A DNA stretch of 64,000 nucleotides, from the sequence record NC_019526.1; one strand, written 5' to 3'. Numbering within the stretch: position 1 is the stretch's first letter; each line of letters begins with the position of its first letter. Under the pieces are notes generated by a model. That model did not search any database and was not told the DNA's origin. It saw only the letters and a program-made list of their open reading frames with translations. Made by a program: the position numbers and the translations under genes. Below, in pieces: positions 18,339 through 27,575 of this stretch.

Positions 18339-19040
18339 ATGCTAGATCAATTCACATTCGGTGGTTACTCATCCGGTACACAAATTACTAACTACAGTGT
18401 TCCAATTGTGGTAGAAAAAGAAAATGGGCAAGAGCGTTCTTATGACTTGTCTTCTCGTATGATGAAAGAACGTATTATTTTCATCGATTCTGATTTCAAT
18501 CCACAAATGGCACACATTCTAAAAATGCAACTACTTTGGCTTGACTCACAGGATGATGCACCAATTGTATTGTATGTATCATCACCTGGTGGTTCTGTTC
18601 ATGATGGTCTAGGTATTGCTGACGTTGCGAAATACTGTCGCTCTCCAATTCGTACTATTGTAATGGGATATGCCGCCAGTATGGGTGCGTTTACACAAAG
18701 TACAGTAGGTACTCCAGGTCATCGTTTTGCTGGCGAATCTGCTATGATTATGTGTCACCAAGTATCTTCAGGCACTAAAGGTCTAATTACTGATCAGAAG
18801 ATTGCTCTAAAGCATACTGAACGCCTTAATGAACTACTGATGAAACGCATTGCTGAAAGTGTTGGTGTTTCATATGAACAACTACTTGAAGATGCTGACC
18901 GTGACTTGTGGCTAAATGCTGAAGAGTCACTAAATTATGGTACTAAGGGTTTCATTGATGGTATTATTCTTAGTGCTAAAAATGAAAAAGGTGAATTCCT
19001 AGTTCGTCGTCGCGGTGGCGTAGAAGAGTGGGTCAAATAA
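18339..19040 (+). CDS. clpP: ClpP-like protease proteolytic subunit
   Basis: RIIF, SSPGGSV, AASMG (Ser), MCHQ (His), DRD (Asp); GAGGA RBS supports ATG 18339. Confidence 0.9.
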   Translation: MLDQFTFGGYSSGTQITNYSVPIVVEKENGQERSYDLSSRMMKERIIFIDSDFNPQMAHILKMQLLWLDSQDDAPIVLYVSSPGGSVHDGLGIADVAKYCRSPIRTIVMGYAASMGAFTQSTVGTPGHRFAGESAMIMCHQVSSGTKGLITDQKIALKHTERLNELLMKRIAESVGVSYEQLLEDADRDLWLNAEESLNYGTKGFIDGIILSAKNEKGEFLVRRRGGVEEWVK

Positions 19041-19060
19041 TTTAGTACTGAATAATTAAA

Positions 19061-19083
19061 ACCCTCCAATTGGAGGGTATTTT
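19061..19083 (+). terminator. intrinsic terminator
   Basis: ACCCTCC-AATT-GGAGGGT-ATTTT. Confidence 0.8.
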
Positions 19084-19097
19084 GTATAGAGAGTAAT

Positions 19098-19379
19098 ATG
19101 AAACAATTAATTCGAAACAATACAAATGAAGAATCCGAAATTCTAGATGATACTGAATTTCTCAGTACTGCATTAGAACAGATCAGTACTACTGCATTAA
19201 ATCTCAAAGAAGTTGATGCAACTGATAAATTACTTGATGGTTTTTCAGATATTCTTGAACTTCTTAGTGAAGTACTTCTTAAAAATAATATCAATCCAAA
19301 AAATGCTTTTATTCATGCAGAAAATCTACGTCAAGAAAAGGGAACTTTTCATGACAAGAAAGCAATTAATAAAGACTAA
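19098..19379 (+). CDS. degenerate MazG/PRA-PH-fold protein
   Basis: MKQLIRN...SDILELL...RQEKGTF follows the KLVRD...ADILEV...RGGF pattern, but the catalytic Glu residues are missing. Confidence 0.5.
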   Translation: MKQLIRNNTNEESEILDDTEFLSTALEQISTTALNLKEVDATDKLLDGFSDILELLSEVLLKNNINPKNAFIHAENLRQEKGTFHDKKAINKD

Positions 19380-19402
19380 CATCAATTAAAAGGAATTAGA
19401 AT

Positions 19403-19867
19403 ATGTCACAACAAGAACAATATGAACTAGGTAAAGTATCTTTCAACAACGGTATTGTATATACTCAGGAAGAACTTAAACAATGTAATCCACTATTTCG
19501 TACTGGATATAAGGCTGCACAACAAGCAGCGATGCTACGAAATAACAACATTTTCCCCACTGTACTCTTCGATGTTCCAAAACGTCCAGAAATTTTCAAA
19601 CCAACATGGGTTGATATCATGAGTGCAATGAAACGCCCACGATACCATCGCTTACATAGTAATGAAGGCCGTTGGTTGATGTTTGGTATTGCTAAGCACA
19701 TTGAAACGCGTACAAGTGAAATCAAGCGTTATAAAGACGTGCTCACTATGGTGGATGAAGCATTTGACTATGTTCTCCAATATGGTTATGATGAAGGTGT
19801 ATTAACGGCACAGGATTGTGAGCAATATAATTACACACCAAAGCCAGTAATTGCAAATAAAGAGTAA
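19403..19867 (+). CDS. hypothetical protein (154 aa)
   Basis: AAGGA RBS; ORF track. Confidence 0.8.
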   Translation: MSQQEQYELGKVSFNNGIVYTQEELKQCNPLFRTGYKAAQQAAMLRNNNIFPTVLFDVPKRPEIFKPTWVDIMSAMKRPRYHRLHSNEGRWLMFGIAKHIETRTSEIKRYKDVLTMVDEAFDYVLQYGYDEGVLTAQDCEQYNYTPKPVIANKE

Positions 19868-19916
19868 AATAGATCCAGTACTACACTCTATGTGGTATTT
19901 TTGAGGTAATTGTAAT

Positions 19917-20276
19917 ATGCGTAAAATTATTTGTGTTGATATGGATTATTCCGCTGATCCTCTGTGGTTAGGAATTGAAGATGTAGATGAACCAGAAAGT
20001 ATTTCATTCATCAATGAATGTTTGACTGATTACGAGGATGTTTTGAGTAATGAAGTACTACACAGTTTAACTCTATTCCAATCCACATGGGAAAGTTTTC
20101 ATAGTTCAAAATACAAATCTGTATTTTCTGCATATTCTTTTCCTGGATCATTCAGTACCAAAGAATACCTGAGTACTTTAGCTTTTTTGTGTGCTTCACA
20201 AATTAAAAAAGAACACCCAGAATGGCGTGTATTTTATACCTCAATGTATGATTATGAAAGGACTGAATTAAAATGA
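19917..20276 (+). CDS. hypothetical protein (119 aa)
   Basis: GAGGT RBS. Confidence 0.75.
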   Translation: MRKIICVDMDYSADPLWLGIEDVDEPESISFINECLTDYEDVLSNEVLHSLTLFQSTWESFHSSKYKSVFSAYSFPGSFSTKEYLSTLAFLCASQIKKEHPEWRVFYTSMYDYERTELK

Positions 20277-20821
20277 AATTAAAAAATGCAGATGTAAAAA
20301 ACATTAGTACTAAAATTGAATACTTGCATAAGCGTAGAATTGAACTTGCATATGAAATTAGTACTAAAGCATATAATTTAGTTAAAGGGTTATATGCCGA
20401 ATATGAAAAAAATTTCAAATATAGTATTTTAAATACACTTCAATTCAAACCACAATCTTTTGATAGTTTTGAGAAAGATTTGTTTGGTGGTGGAGGATTC
20501 TATAGTACCAAAAAGAAAATTGTACTTGATGTAGTTAATCAGACCAATCCAGGTGTTACTAGGGTGATATTTGTTGATGCTTTGTGGTTTAAAGTCAAAT
20601 ATACTATAACCAACGAAAAGGATGATGATTTTATTCATCGTGCTGATACAGTAGGTCAAATTTTTGTAGATCATAATAAAGACTTTGATTTTTATAAAAA
20701 ATTCCGTATTATTTCTGAATTGGGTGATATAGTATATGAAGATTCAGATTTATCCCGAATTACACGCTGGGAAAGAGAGATTGACAATATGGAATCAATT
20801 TTAGCGGATTACAATAAATGA
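20273..20821 (+). CDS. hypothetical protein (182 aa)
   Basis: ORF track; ATGA coupling. Confidence 0.75.
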   Translation: MKLKNADVKNISTKIEYLHKRRIELAYEISTKAYNLVKGLYAEYEKNFKYSILNTLQFKPQSFDSFEKDLFGGGGFYSTKKKIVLDVVNQTNPGVTRVIFVDALWFKVKYTITNEKDDDFIHRADTVGQIFVDHNKDFDFYKKFRIISELGDIVYEDSDLSRITRWEREIDNMESILADYNK

Positions 20822-21345
20822 TATATCATTTAACTGAAGAACAAAGTACTGAATACTTTAACAATTTAGAAGCGGTTCTGGACTATCATAAAAAAATTCA
20901 TACAGATGCATGTAATATTTTAAATTCTTGGTATACTTTTTATAAACTGAATTTTAATAACCTACCATGGTATATGAAATTTGGTGTTTTATCATATAAA
21001 AAGTTTTTAGCATCTATTGCTAACGATACTGGGTTAGAAATAAGAAATAAAATGTATCAATATGTAACACCACGCAATATGTCTGGATGGGTTTATAAAT
21101 TAAAAATTAATAAAATCCAAAAATTAACTGGTATTGATTTAAGTACCGAAAGTATAAATTTGGTAATTCATGCAATGCATTTTGGTTTACAATATGATAG
21201 TATGTATGATTTGTATAGAACATTAGAAAAAATAAAAAAATATGGTTCAATTCCATATACTATTGATGAATATGATTTGAAAATTTTTGAACATGTATCA
21301 TTTTTAGTACAACATTATAATATAGAGAAATATAATGAAGCATAA
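20818..21345 (+). CDS. hypothetical protein (175 aa)
   Basis: ORF track; ATGA coupling. Confidence 0.75.
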   Translation: MIYHLTEEQSTEYFNNLEAVLDYHKKIHTDACNILNSWYTFYKLNFNNLPWYMKFGVLSYKKFLASIANDTGLEIRNKMYQYVTPRNMSGWVYKLKINKIQKLTGIDLSTESINLVIHAMHFGLQYDSMYDLYRTLEKIKKYGSIPYTIDEYDLKIFEHVSFLVQHYNIEKYNEA

Positions 21346-21805
21346 AACATGGTTAAATATTGCTAAAGCGGTTGCAGAGGAAAGTAAATGTATTTCACAC
21401 AAAGTTGGTGCAGTAATTGTAAAGAATAACAGGATTCTCAGTACTGGGTATAATGGTACAAGTTCTGGGGCAGTTAATTGTTGTGATGCGAATAGTCATT
21501 TAATTCATAATAATGAATTTCAAAATTGGGTATCAGATGAAGCTAAACATGAACATCATGAGTGGAGTAATATTCATGAAATTCACGCAGAAATGAATGC
21601 TTTATTGTATAGCTCTCCACAAGAACGACAGGGTGCAACTCTTTATAGTACAATGCAACCCTGCTATACCTGTTCTAAATTAATTGCAGGAAGTGGTATT
21701 ACTAATGTAATTTATGAAAAAGAATACCCACGTACACCACCCGAAGCAATTGAAGTTTTAAAAGATGCTGGTATTACAGTTAATAAATTATCAGATTTGG
21801 AATAA
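21335..21805 (+). CDS. cd: dCMP deaminase
   Basis: S-C-x-x-x-KVGAV, TGYNG, HAEMNA and PCYTC motifs. Confidence 0.9.
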   Translation: MKHKTWLNIAKAVAEESKCISHKVGAVIVKNNRILSTGYNGTSSGAVNCCDANSHLIHNNEFQNWVSDEAKHEHHEWSNIHEIHAEMNALLYSSPQERQGATLYSTMQPCYTCSKLIAGSGITNVIYEKEYPRTPPEAIEVLKDAGITVNKLSDLE

Positions 21806-21872
21806 TTATTTTAACATAATAAATGTACTTTTGGATTATATACAATTAGTATCTTTTGAGTTAAAATAATAC

Positions 21873-21908
21873 AAAAAAAGGAGAACTATAAAGTTCTCCT
21901 TAATTTTT
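21873..21908. terminator. bidirectional terminator between convergent genes
   Basis: A7 run, AGGAGAACT-ATAA-AGTTCTCCT stem, T-rich tail. Confidence 0.8.
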
Positions 21909-21911
21909 AAA

Positions 21912-22550
21912 TTATTCTACTGTGACTTCAACAGTATCAGTTTTGTTTCCATCATTGGTGGTTACAGTTATAGTTGCAGTACCAGTAGCTACATATGAAA
22001 CTAGTCCAGTACTATCTACAGTACAAACACCCTCTGCACTGGAAGACCATGTAACAGATTTATCGGTTGCATCCAATGGTAGTACTGAGATACTCAATTG
22101 TTCAGTACCACCTACAGCACCAGTAAGCGTTTTTGGTGAAACGGTAACGCTTTCTACATGAACGACTGGTGGTTTTACGTTAGTGCGTCTAAAAATAAAT
22201 CCACCATTGTCCAACTTGACTTTGTTGAGTTGGTAGAGTATACTGAATCCCTCGACACCGGTTTTTGGGTCAGATTCTTTGATACAAAAGGTATTTACTG
22301 CTAGTGAATCAGCAATATCTTCGTCAGCATCGGAATATTTTAGTGCTACCAGATTTGAATCGCGGTGAACTAGTCTAATAAATGTATAAACAGTTCCATC
22401 TGTGGAAATCAAATCATACACATCAAAAGTTCTTTGTTTGTATACAAATAGGTCGCCAACATGAACTGTACCATTAACATTTGCCGCAGTGACTTTCAAT
22501 CCATCAACAACAAACGGATAATGGTTTTGTTTTGCGATAACACGTGCCAT
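21912..22550 (-). CDS. Ig-like (Big_2) domain protein, probable virion decoration/tail accessory
   Basis: Reads on the minus strand (CAT at 22548-22550; track label + is wrong); VESVTVSP...DATDKSVTWSSS...VDSTGLV...TATITVTT. Confidence 0.85.
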   Translation of the reverse strand: MARVIAKQNHYPFVVDGLKVTAANVNGTVHVGDLFVYKQRTFDVYDLISTDGTVYTFIRLVHRDSNLVALKYSDADEDIADSLAVNTFCIKESDPKTGVEGFSILYQLNKVKLDNGGFIFRRTNVKPPVVHVESVTVSPKTLTGAVGGTEQLSISVLPLDATDKSVTWSSSAEGVCTVDSTGLVSYVATGTATITVTTNDGNKTDTVEVTVE

Positions 22551-22649
22551 TATTTTCTCCCTTTTATAAAAACTTGTAAACGTTATTAAATTTATGTTTA
22601 TTATAAAATTTTATATAACCTTACTATTATTTACCAATTTAGAGGAAAT

Positions 22650-23246
22650 ATGTTTATTGTACTAAAAGAATTTTTATATAATACATTAATTGCTTTTTCA
22701 CTTATTTTCCCATCACATGATATTCAACAGAATGTAACTGTAAACGATAGTAACGTATTAATTTTTAATACGAAAATAAACGACGAATCAGTACAAAGAG
22801 CGGAAACATTATATAAGAAATATAAGTACAAAACCATTTCTATTACCTCACCGGGAGGTGATGTGAATTCTAGTTTCGAATTAGCAGTCTTTGCTTCTGA
22901 CCATAATATTAAAGTTCATGTACCACAGTACTGTGCAAGTGCATGTACAGTTATATTTTTTGCTGCTGATAAACAAAACAGAGTTATGGATAAAGATGCT
23001 ATTATTGCTATTCATAATGTTTCGGTTGTGGCTAATGATGATATTTCTGGTAATGAAACCATATCTATCAATACTGCCATGGATTTAATGAAAGATACAT
23101 CAGAAATCGTAGCAGCTATGTATAGTTTATATGCATATGTTGGTATTCCAGGTGAAATCCTGATGAGAACAAGCACTATGCACGGAGCTGATTCTTATCA
23201 AATAACAAAAAAACAACTCCAAATGTGGGGCATTTTAGAAAAATAA
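22650..23246 (+). CDS. second ClpP/crotonase-like protein with N-terminal hydrophobic segment
   Basis: ITSPGGDV, YCASAC (Ser) and IAIHN (His); GAGGA RBS. Confidence 0.65.
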   Translation: MFIVLKEFLYNTLIAFSLIFPSHDIQQNVTVNDSNVLIFNTKINDESVQRAETLYKKYKYKTISITSPGGDVNSSFELAVFASDHNIKVHVPQYCASACTVIFFAADKQNRVMDKDAIIAIHNVSVVANDDISGNETISINTAMDLMKDTSEIVAAMYSLYAYVGIPGEILMRTSTMHGADSYQITKKQLQMWGILEK

Positions 23247-23248
23247 AT

Positions 23249-23277
23249 CTGTACAAGAATATCATTTGTGATATAAT
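23249..23277 (+). promoter_or_regulatory. extended -10 sigma70-type promoter
   Basis: TG-A-TATAAT at 23269-23277; weak -35. Confidence 0.6.
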
Positions 23278-23284
23278 AATTAAA

Positions 23285-23333
23285 CAGAGAGTGATGTAGC
23301 TCTCTTTTATATAGCTTAGGGAGTACTAAGACA
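23285..23333 (+). promoter_or_regulatory. two-hairpin 5' leader with SD in loop (copy 1)
   Basis: AGAGAG-N8-CTCTCT then CTTAG-GGAGTA-CTAAG. Confidence 0.6.
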
Positions 23334-24398
23334 ATGAAAGAAAAAGTTTATGTATATATTGGACGTTTCCAAATTCCACATATTGGTCATGAAGAAGTCC
23401 TCAAACATGCGATCAAAATTGCAGATCGTGTTATCATTCAGGTCGGTTCAAGTGAACTGGCTCGTGATCCAAAAAACCCATTCACGTTTGAAGAACGTAA
23501 GTCAGTACTAGAAGAAATTACAAAACGTGTAGCTCAAGATGAATGGAATAAAGGTCGAACTGTTAAAATCGATATTATGCCATTACATGATTATGTATAT
23601 GATAATAATGCATGGCTAAAAGAAGTACAGGATAATGTTAAAACATGTACTTCAAGTAATGATATTACTATTACTGGTTGTCGTAAAAATGGTGATAACA
23701 GTACTGAATATCTTAACTATTTTCCTCAATGGAAAAATGACTTCATTAACGAAGTACAAAGTAATGCAAAGGGTACTATTAGTAGTACTGAACTACGCGA
23801 AGCTTTCTTTGTCTCTGGTAAAGTTCCAACTGAATTTGTTTCAAAAGAAACAACAGAATTTCTAGAAAATTTTGTCAGTACTAAACCAGATGTATTCGAT
23901 AATCTTATTAAAGAATATGAATTCATTAATCGTTATATTGAACAAATGAAAGAAGCACTACCTTATGATATTCCATTTTTGACGGGTGATGCTATCGTTG
24001 TGGCTGCGGGACATGTACTCTTGGGACGTCGAAGAACTCAACCAGGCTTGAATAACCTCTGTATCCCTGGGGGATTCATACAGGCATTTTCTGATAAAGA
24101 TCAAATTGATACGGCTATTCGTGAACTTAAAGAAGAAACAAAAATTGATGTACCAGAAAAAGTACTTCGTGGTAATATAGTAAACGTAATGGATTTTTCT
24201 GATATGAATCGTTCCTTGCGTTGGCGTATTCTCACTAAAGCAGTACTGATCCAGTTACCAGACACTACATTACCAAAAGTAAAAGGGAGTGATGATCTAA
24301 AACATGCTCAATGGATCCCACTGAGTGATGTTGAAAAATATCGTGATCAATTTTTTGAAGATCACTATAGTATCTTACAAATTATGCTAAAATTATAA
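23334..24398 (+). CDS. nadM: bifunctional NMN adenylyltransferase / ADP-ribose pyrophosphatase (NadM-Nudix, KVP40 NatV-like)
   Basis: GRFQIPHIGH (HxGH), ISSTELR and Nudix box GG...AIRELKEET. Confidence 0.9.
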   Translation: MKEKVYVYIGRFQIPHIGHEEVLKHAIKIADRVIIQVGSSELARDPKNPFTFEERKSVLEEITKRVAQDEWNKGRTVKIDIMPLHDYVYDNNAWLKEVQDNVKTCTSSNDITITGCRKNGDNSTEYLNYFPQWKNDFINEVQSNAKGTISSTELREAFFVSGKVPTEFVSKETTEFLENFVSTKPDVFDNLIKEYEFINRYIEQMKEALPYDIPFLTGDAIVVAAGHVLLGRRRTQPGLNNLCIPGGFIQAFSDKDQIDTAIRELKEETKIDVPEKVLRGNIVNVMDFSDMNRSLRWRILTKAVLIQLPDTTLPKVKGSDDLKHAQWIPLSDVEKYRDQFFEDHYSILQIMLKL

Positions 24399-24416
24399 TA
24401 AAAAAATAGAACATGG

Positions 24417-25442
24417 ATGTTCATAATGTATAGAATAATAAAAACTGATTATAATTATGATTTTTATTATATGTTACCACAAGATATAATCAATTATAAT
24501 TCTAGATATCAAGAACCACAAAAATTGATAGATAATATTAATAATATAAAAATACAAAATTTAACTGTTATTGGTTTTTTTATAAAACATGAAAATGAAT
24601 ATAAAGCAACCAAAACAAAAATTTTAGTTGCATATCATAATATATATTACATCATATTATATAATAATTTAATTAGTACTGGTAAGTTTACTGGAAGAGT
24701 AGAATGTAATAATGAAAATATATATTATTACTTATATTCAAAAAGACCACTAAGTACTAACCATTTAGAAATTATTGATATACCAAATAAAAAGAAAATA
24801 CGAGCTAAAGATTATATTAAAGTTAGATGTACTAAAGATGGACATGAATATTATATAACATTAAATAAATTCTTTCAAAATAAAAAATGTCCAAAATGCA
24901 CTAATCAAATAGCTTATGATATGTATAATTTAACAAAATTTGTTTATCAAAAAAGACCACCCGAATATACTGGTATATACATAACATATATACCATTTAA
25001 TATTAATGGCAAAGATGATTATTTATATTTGAAATGTTCTTATTGTGAAACTGAATGGAATACAACAAATATTCATTCTTATGTGAACGGAGGAACTGGT
25101 TGTCCTCATTGTAAAATATCCAAAGGTGAACGAAAAATAAAGGAACTATTATTACATAATAATATAAAATTTGAATTTCAAAAAAAATTTAAAAATTGTA
25201 GAAACAAAAAACAATTACCATTTGATTTTTTTATTAATGATGTAAATGTTCTAATAGAATATGATGGTATACAACATTTTCAACCTGTTGAAATATTCGG
25301 TGGAAATAAAAATTATGAACAAACATTGAAAAATGATCAAATTAAAAATCAGTACTGTAAAGATAACAACATCAGACTGATAAGAATTCGTTATGATGAA
25401 GACCCAAAAGAAATATTGACGCGAGAGGGTATCATCAAGTAA
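24417..25442 (+). mobile_element. putative free-standing endonuclease (Zn-finger repeats plus C-terminal DUF559/Vsr-like PD-(D/E)xK domain)
   Basis: CPKC, CSYC and GCPHC clusters; LPFDFFINDVNVLIEYDGIQHF; very AT-rich; inserted between the two NAD genes. Confidence 0.75.
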
Positions 25443-25472
25443 AAAGAATTATTACACAGAGTAATAATAAAT

Positions 25473-25519
25473 CAGAGAACGTAGTAGTTCTCTAACTTAA
25501 ACTAAGGGAGTCTTAGAAA
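25473..25519 (+). promoter_or_regulatory. two-hairpin 5' leader with SD in loop (copy 2)
   Basis: AGAGAAC-N6-GTTCTCT then CTAAG-GGAGT-CTTAG. Confidence 0.6.
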
Positions 25520-26992
25520 ATGAAAAACGTAAATCCAAATGTAAACTTTATTTTAAACTGCGACAGCTATAAGATTCAACATAGAAAAATGCTCAAAAAG
25601 CATGTTGATGGTTATTACAGTACTATTGTACCTCGTAAAAGCTCTCCACATAGCAACCATGTAGTTGTGGCTGGTTTGCAATACACAATTAATACCTATA
25701 TCAATATTCAGATTACCAAAGAAGATGTTGATGAAGCTGAAATTGAAATTCGTGAACAAGGTTCACGTTTTGATAGAACTATTTGGGATAAAATCGTCAA
25801 TGAGTTTGGTGGTAAAGTTCCAGTAAAAATTAGTGCTATTAAAGAAGGTACAGTTGTTCCAGTTCAATCAGTAGTTTGTGTTGTTGAAGCTAAAGATGAG
25901 TTTGCATTTTTGGCTAGTTATATTGAAACTTGTATTCAACGTGGTGTATGGTATAGCAGTACTGTAGCATCTGAATGTCGTGCAATGAAAAAAATTCTTG
26001 CTGATGTAATGCAACGTCATGCTGGTCATAAGAATGTAGATTATCATTTCCACAACTTTGGAGATCGTAGTGCAACTTGTTTTGAACATGCATATGTAGC
26101 TGGTATGGCACATGCAATTATGTTCAATGGTTCGGATAGTTTAACTTCAAATCGTTATATTAAAGCTCACTATAATACTACCAAAGCGTATCTGAGTTCA
26201 GTTGACGCTACTGAACATAGCGTTATGTGCAGTAATAGTGATGCTGAACATCGCAATGATTATGGTGCAGCAGTAATGGCGGTAGATCATTGGGAAGAAC
26301 AAGTTACAATGTGGGAAGAAGATGGATTAGGTGTACCAGTAACTTCATGTGTTATTGATACTTATAATGATTATCGCTTTGTCCGTGACTTTATCGGTAC
26401 TAAATTAAAAGACCGTATTGTTGAAATTGGCAAACGAGGTGGTCGCTTTGTTCTTCGTCCTGATTCACGAATTCCTAAAGAAATTTGTATTGATGTAATC
26501 GAAATTCTAATGGAAAAGTTTGGTTATACTATTAACGAACATGGTTACAAAGTACTACCACCATATATTGGAGTAATTCAAGGTGATGGTGTTAATTTCG
26601 ATAGTATTCATGAAATTCTAGATATTCTTGATGAAAAGAAATTATCCCTTGAAAACATTGTATTTGGTTGTGGTACCAAATTGGTTAACCCTGAACGTGG
26701 TCGTGATCTTTATAGTTGGTCAATGAAAGGTACTGCACAACACATCGAAGATGAACGTGAATGGCAAGACCTATTCAAAGATCCAGCAGGTGAACCAGGC
26801 AAACGTTCACATAAAGGGCGTGTAGTAACCTGGAAATGTAAAGTATCTGGTAAGATTTTTGTTGATCGTGATGATCTTGATAAAGTTAATCATTTCATTG
26901 AAAATCTACTTGTACCAATGTATGACTGCGGTAAAATTATGAATTTCAGTACTTTTGATGAAGTTCGTGAGCGTGCTAACGTAGGTATCTAA
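25520..26992 (+). CDS. nadV: nicotinamide phosphoribosyltransferase (Nampt)
   Basis: DSYK, HNFGDRS, ATEHS, VIDTY, LRPDS, IQGDG and VFGCG motifs. Confidence 0.92.
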   Translation: MKNVNPNVNFILNCDSYKIQHRKMLKKHVDGYYSTIVPRKSSPHSNHVVVAGLQYTINTYINIQITKEDVDEAEIEIREQGSRFDRTIWDKIVNEFGGKVPVKISAIKEGTVVPVQSVVCVVEAKDEFAFLASYIETCIQRGVWYSSTVASECRAMKKILADVMQRHAGHKNVDYHFHNFGDRSATCFEHAYVAGMAHAIMFNGSDSLTSNRYIKAHYNTTKAYLSSVDATEHSVMCSNSDAEHRNDYGAAVMAVDHWEEQVTMWEEDGLGVPVTSCVIDTYNDYRFVRDFIGTKLKDRIVEIGKRGGRFVLRPDSRIPKEICIDVIEILMEKFGYTINEHGYKVLPPYIGVIQGDGVNFDSIHEILDILDEKKLSLENIVFGCGTKLVNPERGRDLYSWSMKGTAQHIEDEREWQDLFKDPAGEPGKRSHKGRVVTWKCKVSGKIFVDRDDLDKVNHFIENLLVPMYDCGKIMNFSTFDEVRERANVGI

Positions 26993-26998
26993 TATATT

Positions 26999-27232
26999 TT
27001 GGAGAGTCATTATGGCTCTCCAATCTTTTTAATTAAAGTAATAAAGGTATATAATGTGTTTATTGGTTTTAAAATAGTTATTATCTTCTTTATATGGTTT
27101 ATTACATATCAAATAATTGAAGAAATCAGTACTAAATTCTCTTCAGATAATTTCTTAGTAGACGTTTGTTTATTATCGATTGCAGTACTTGGTTTTTTGA
27201 TCATACCAGTTATATTTTCATATTTTATATGA
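26999..27232 (+). CDS. small membrane protein (start uncertain)
   Basis: Two hydrophobic segments. Confidence 0.5.
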   Translation: MESHYGSPIFLIKVIKVYNVFIGFKIVIIFFIWFITYQIIEEISTKFSSDNFLVDVCLLSIAVLGFLIIPVIFSYFI

Positions 27233-27238
27233 AAAATG

Positions 27239-27267
27239 TTGACATTTTTTTCTTCATAAGATATAGT
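27239..27267 (+). promoter_or_regulatory. sigma70-type promoter
   Basis: TTGACA-N17-TATAGT. Confidence 0.8.
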
Positions 27268-27301
27268 ATAGATATCAACAATTAACAACGGATATCAAAA
27301 A

Positions 27302-27568
27302 ATGTTCCAACATCTTTTGGATTTTTTCTGTACTGTAAACATTGAAAAACAAGCTAAGTTCATTATTGCAGAACTGGTCTTGTTTTACTTAGGTGGCTTG
27401 GTAATTACAATGTGTGCATTTTTACATAGTGATATTAATCTTGGTATTTCCTATGCCAAAAGTGAGAATAAACCATCATTACTACTCAAGTTTATTAGAT
27501 GTTTATTGTACTTAGTGTATATCTTATATATTGTTGGATTTTTTGGTGTATATTATGTAATTCATTAG
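27302..27568 (+). CDS. two-TM membrane protein
   Basis: Hydrophobic segments; first gene after the promoter. Confidence 0.7.
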   Translation: MFQHLLDFFCTVNIEKQAKFIIAELVLFYLGGLVITMCAFLHSDINLGISYAKSENKPSLLLKFIRCLLYLVYILYIVGFFGVYYVIH

Positions 27569-27575
27569 GAATTGA

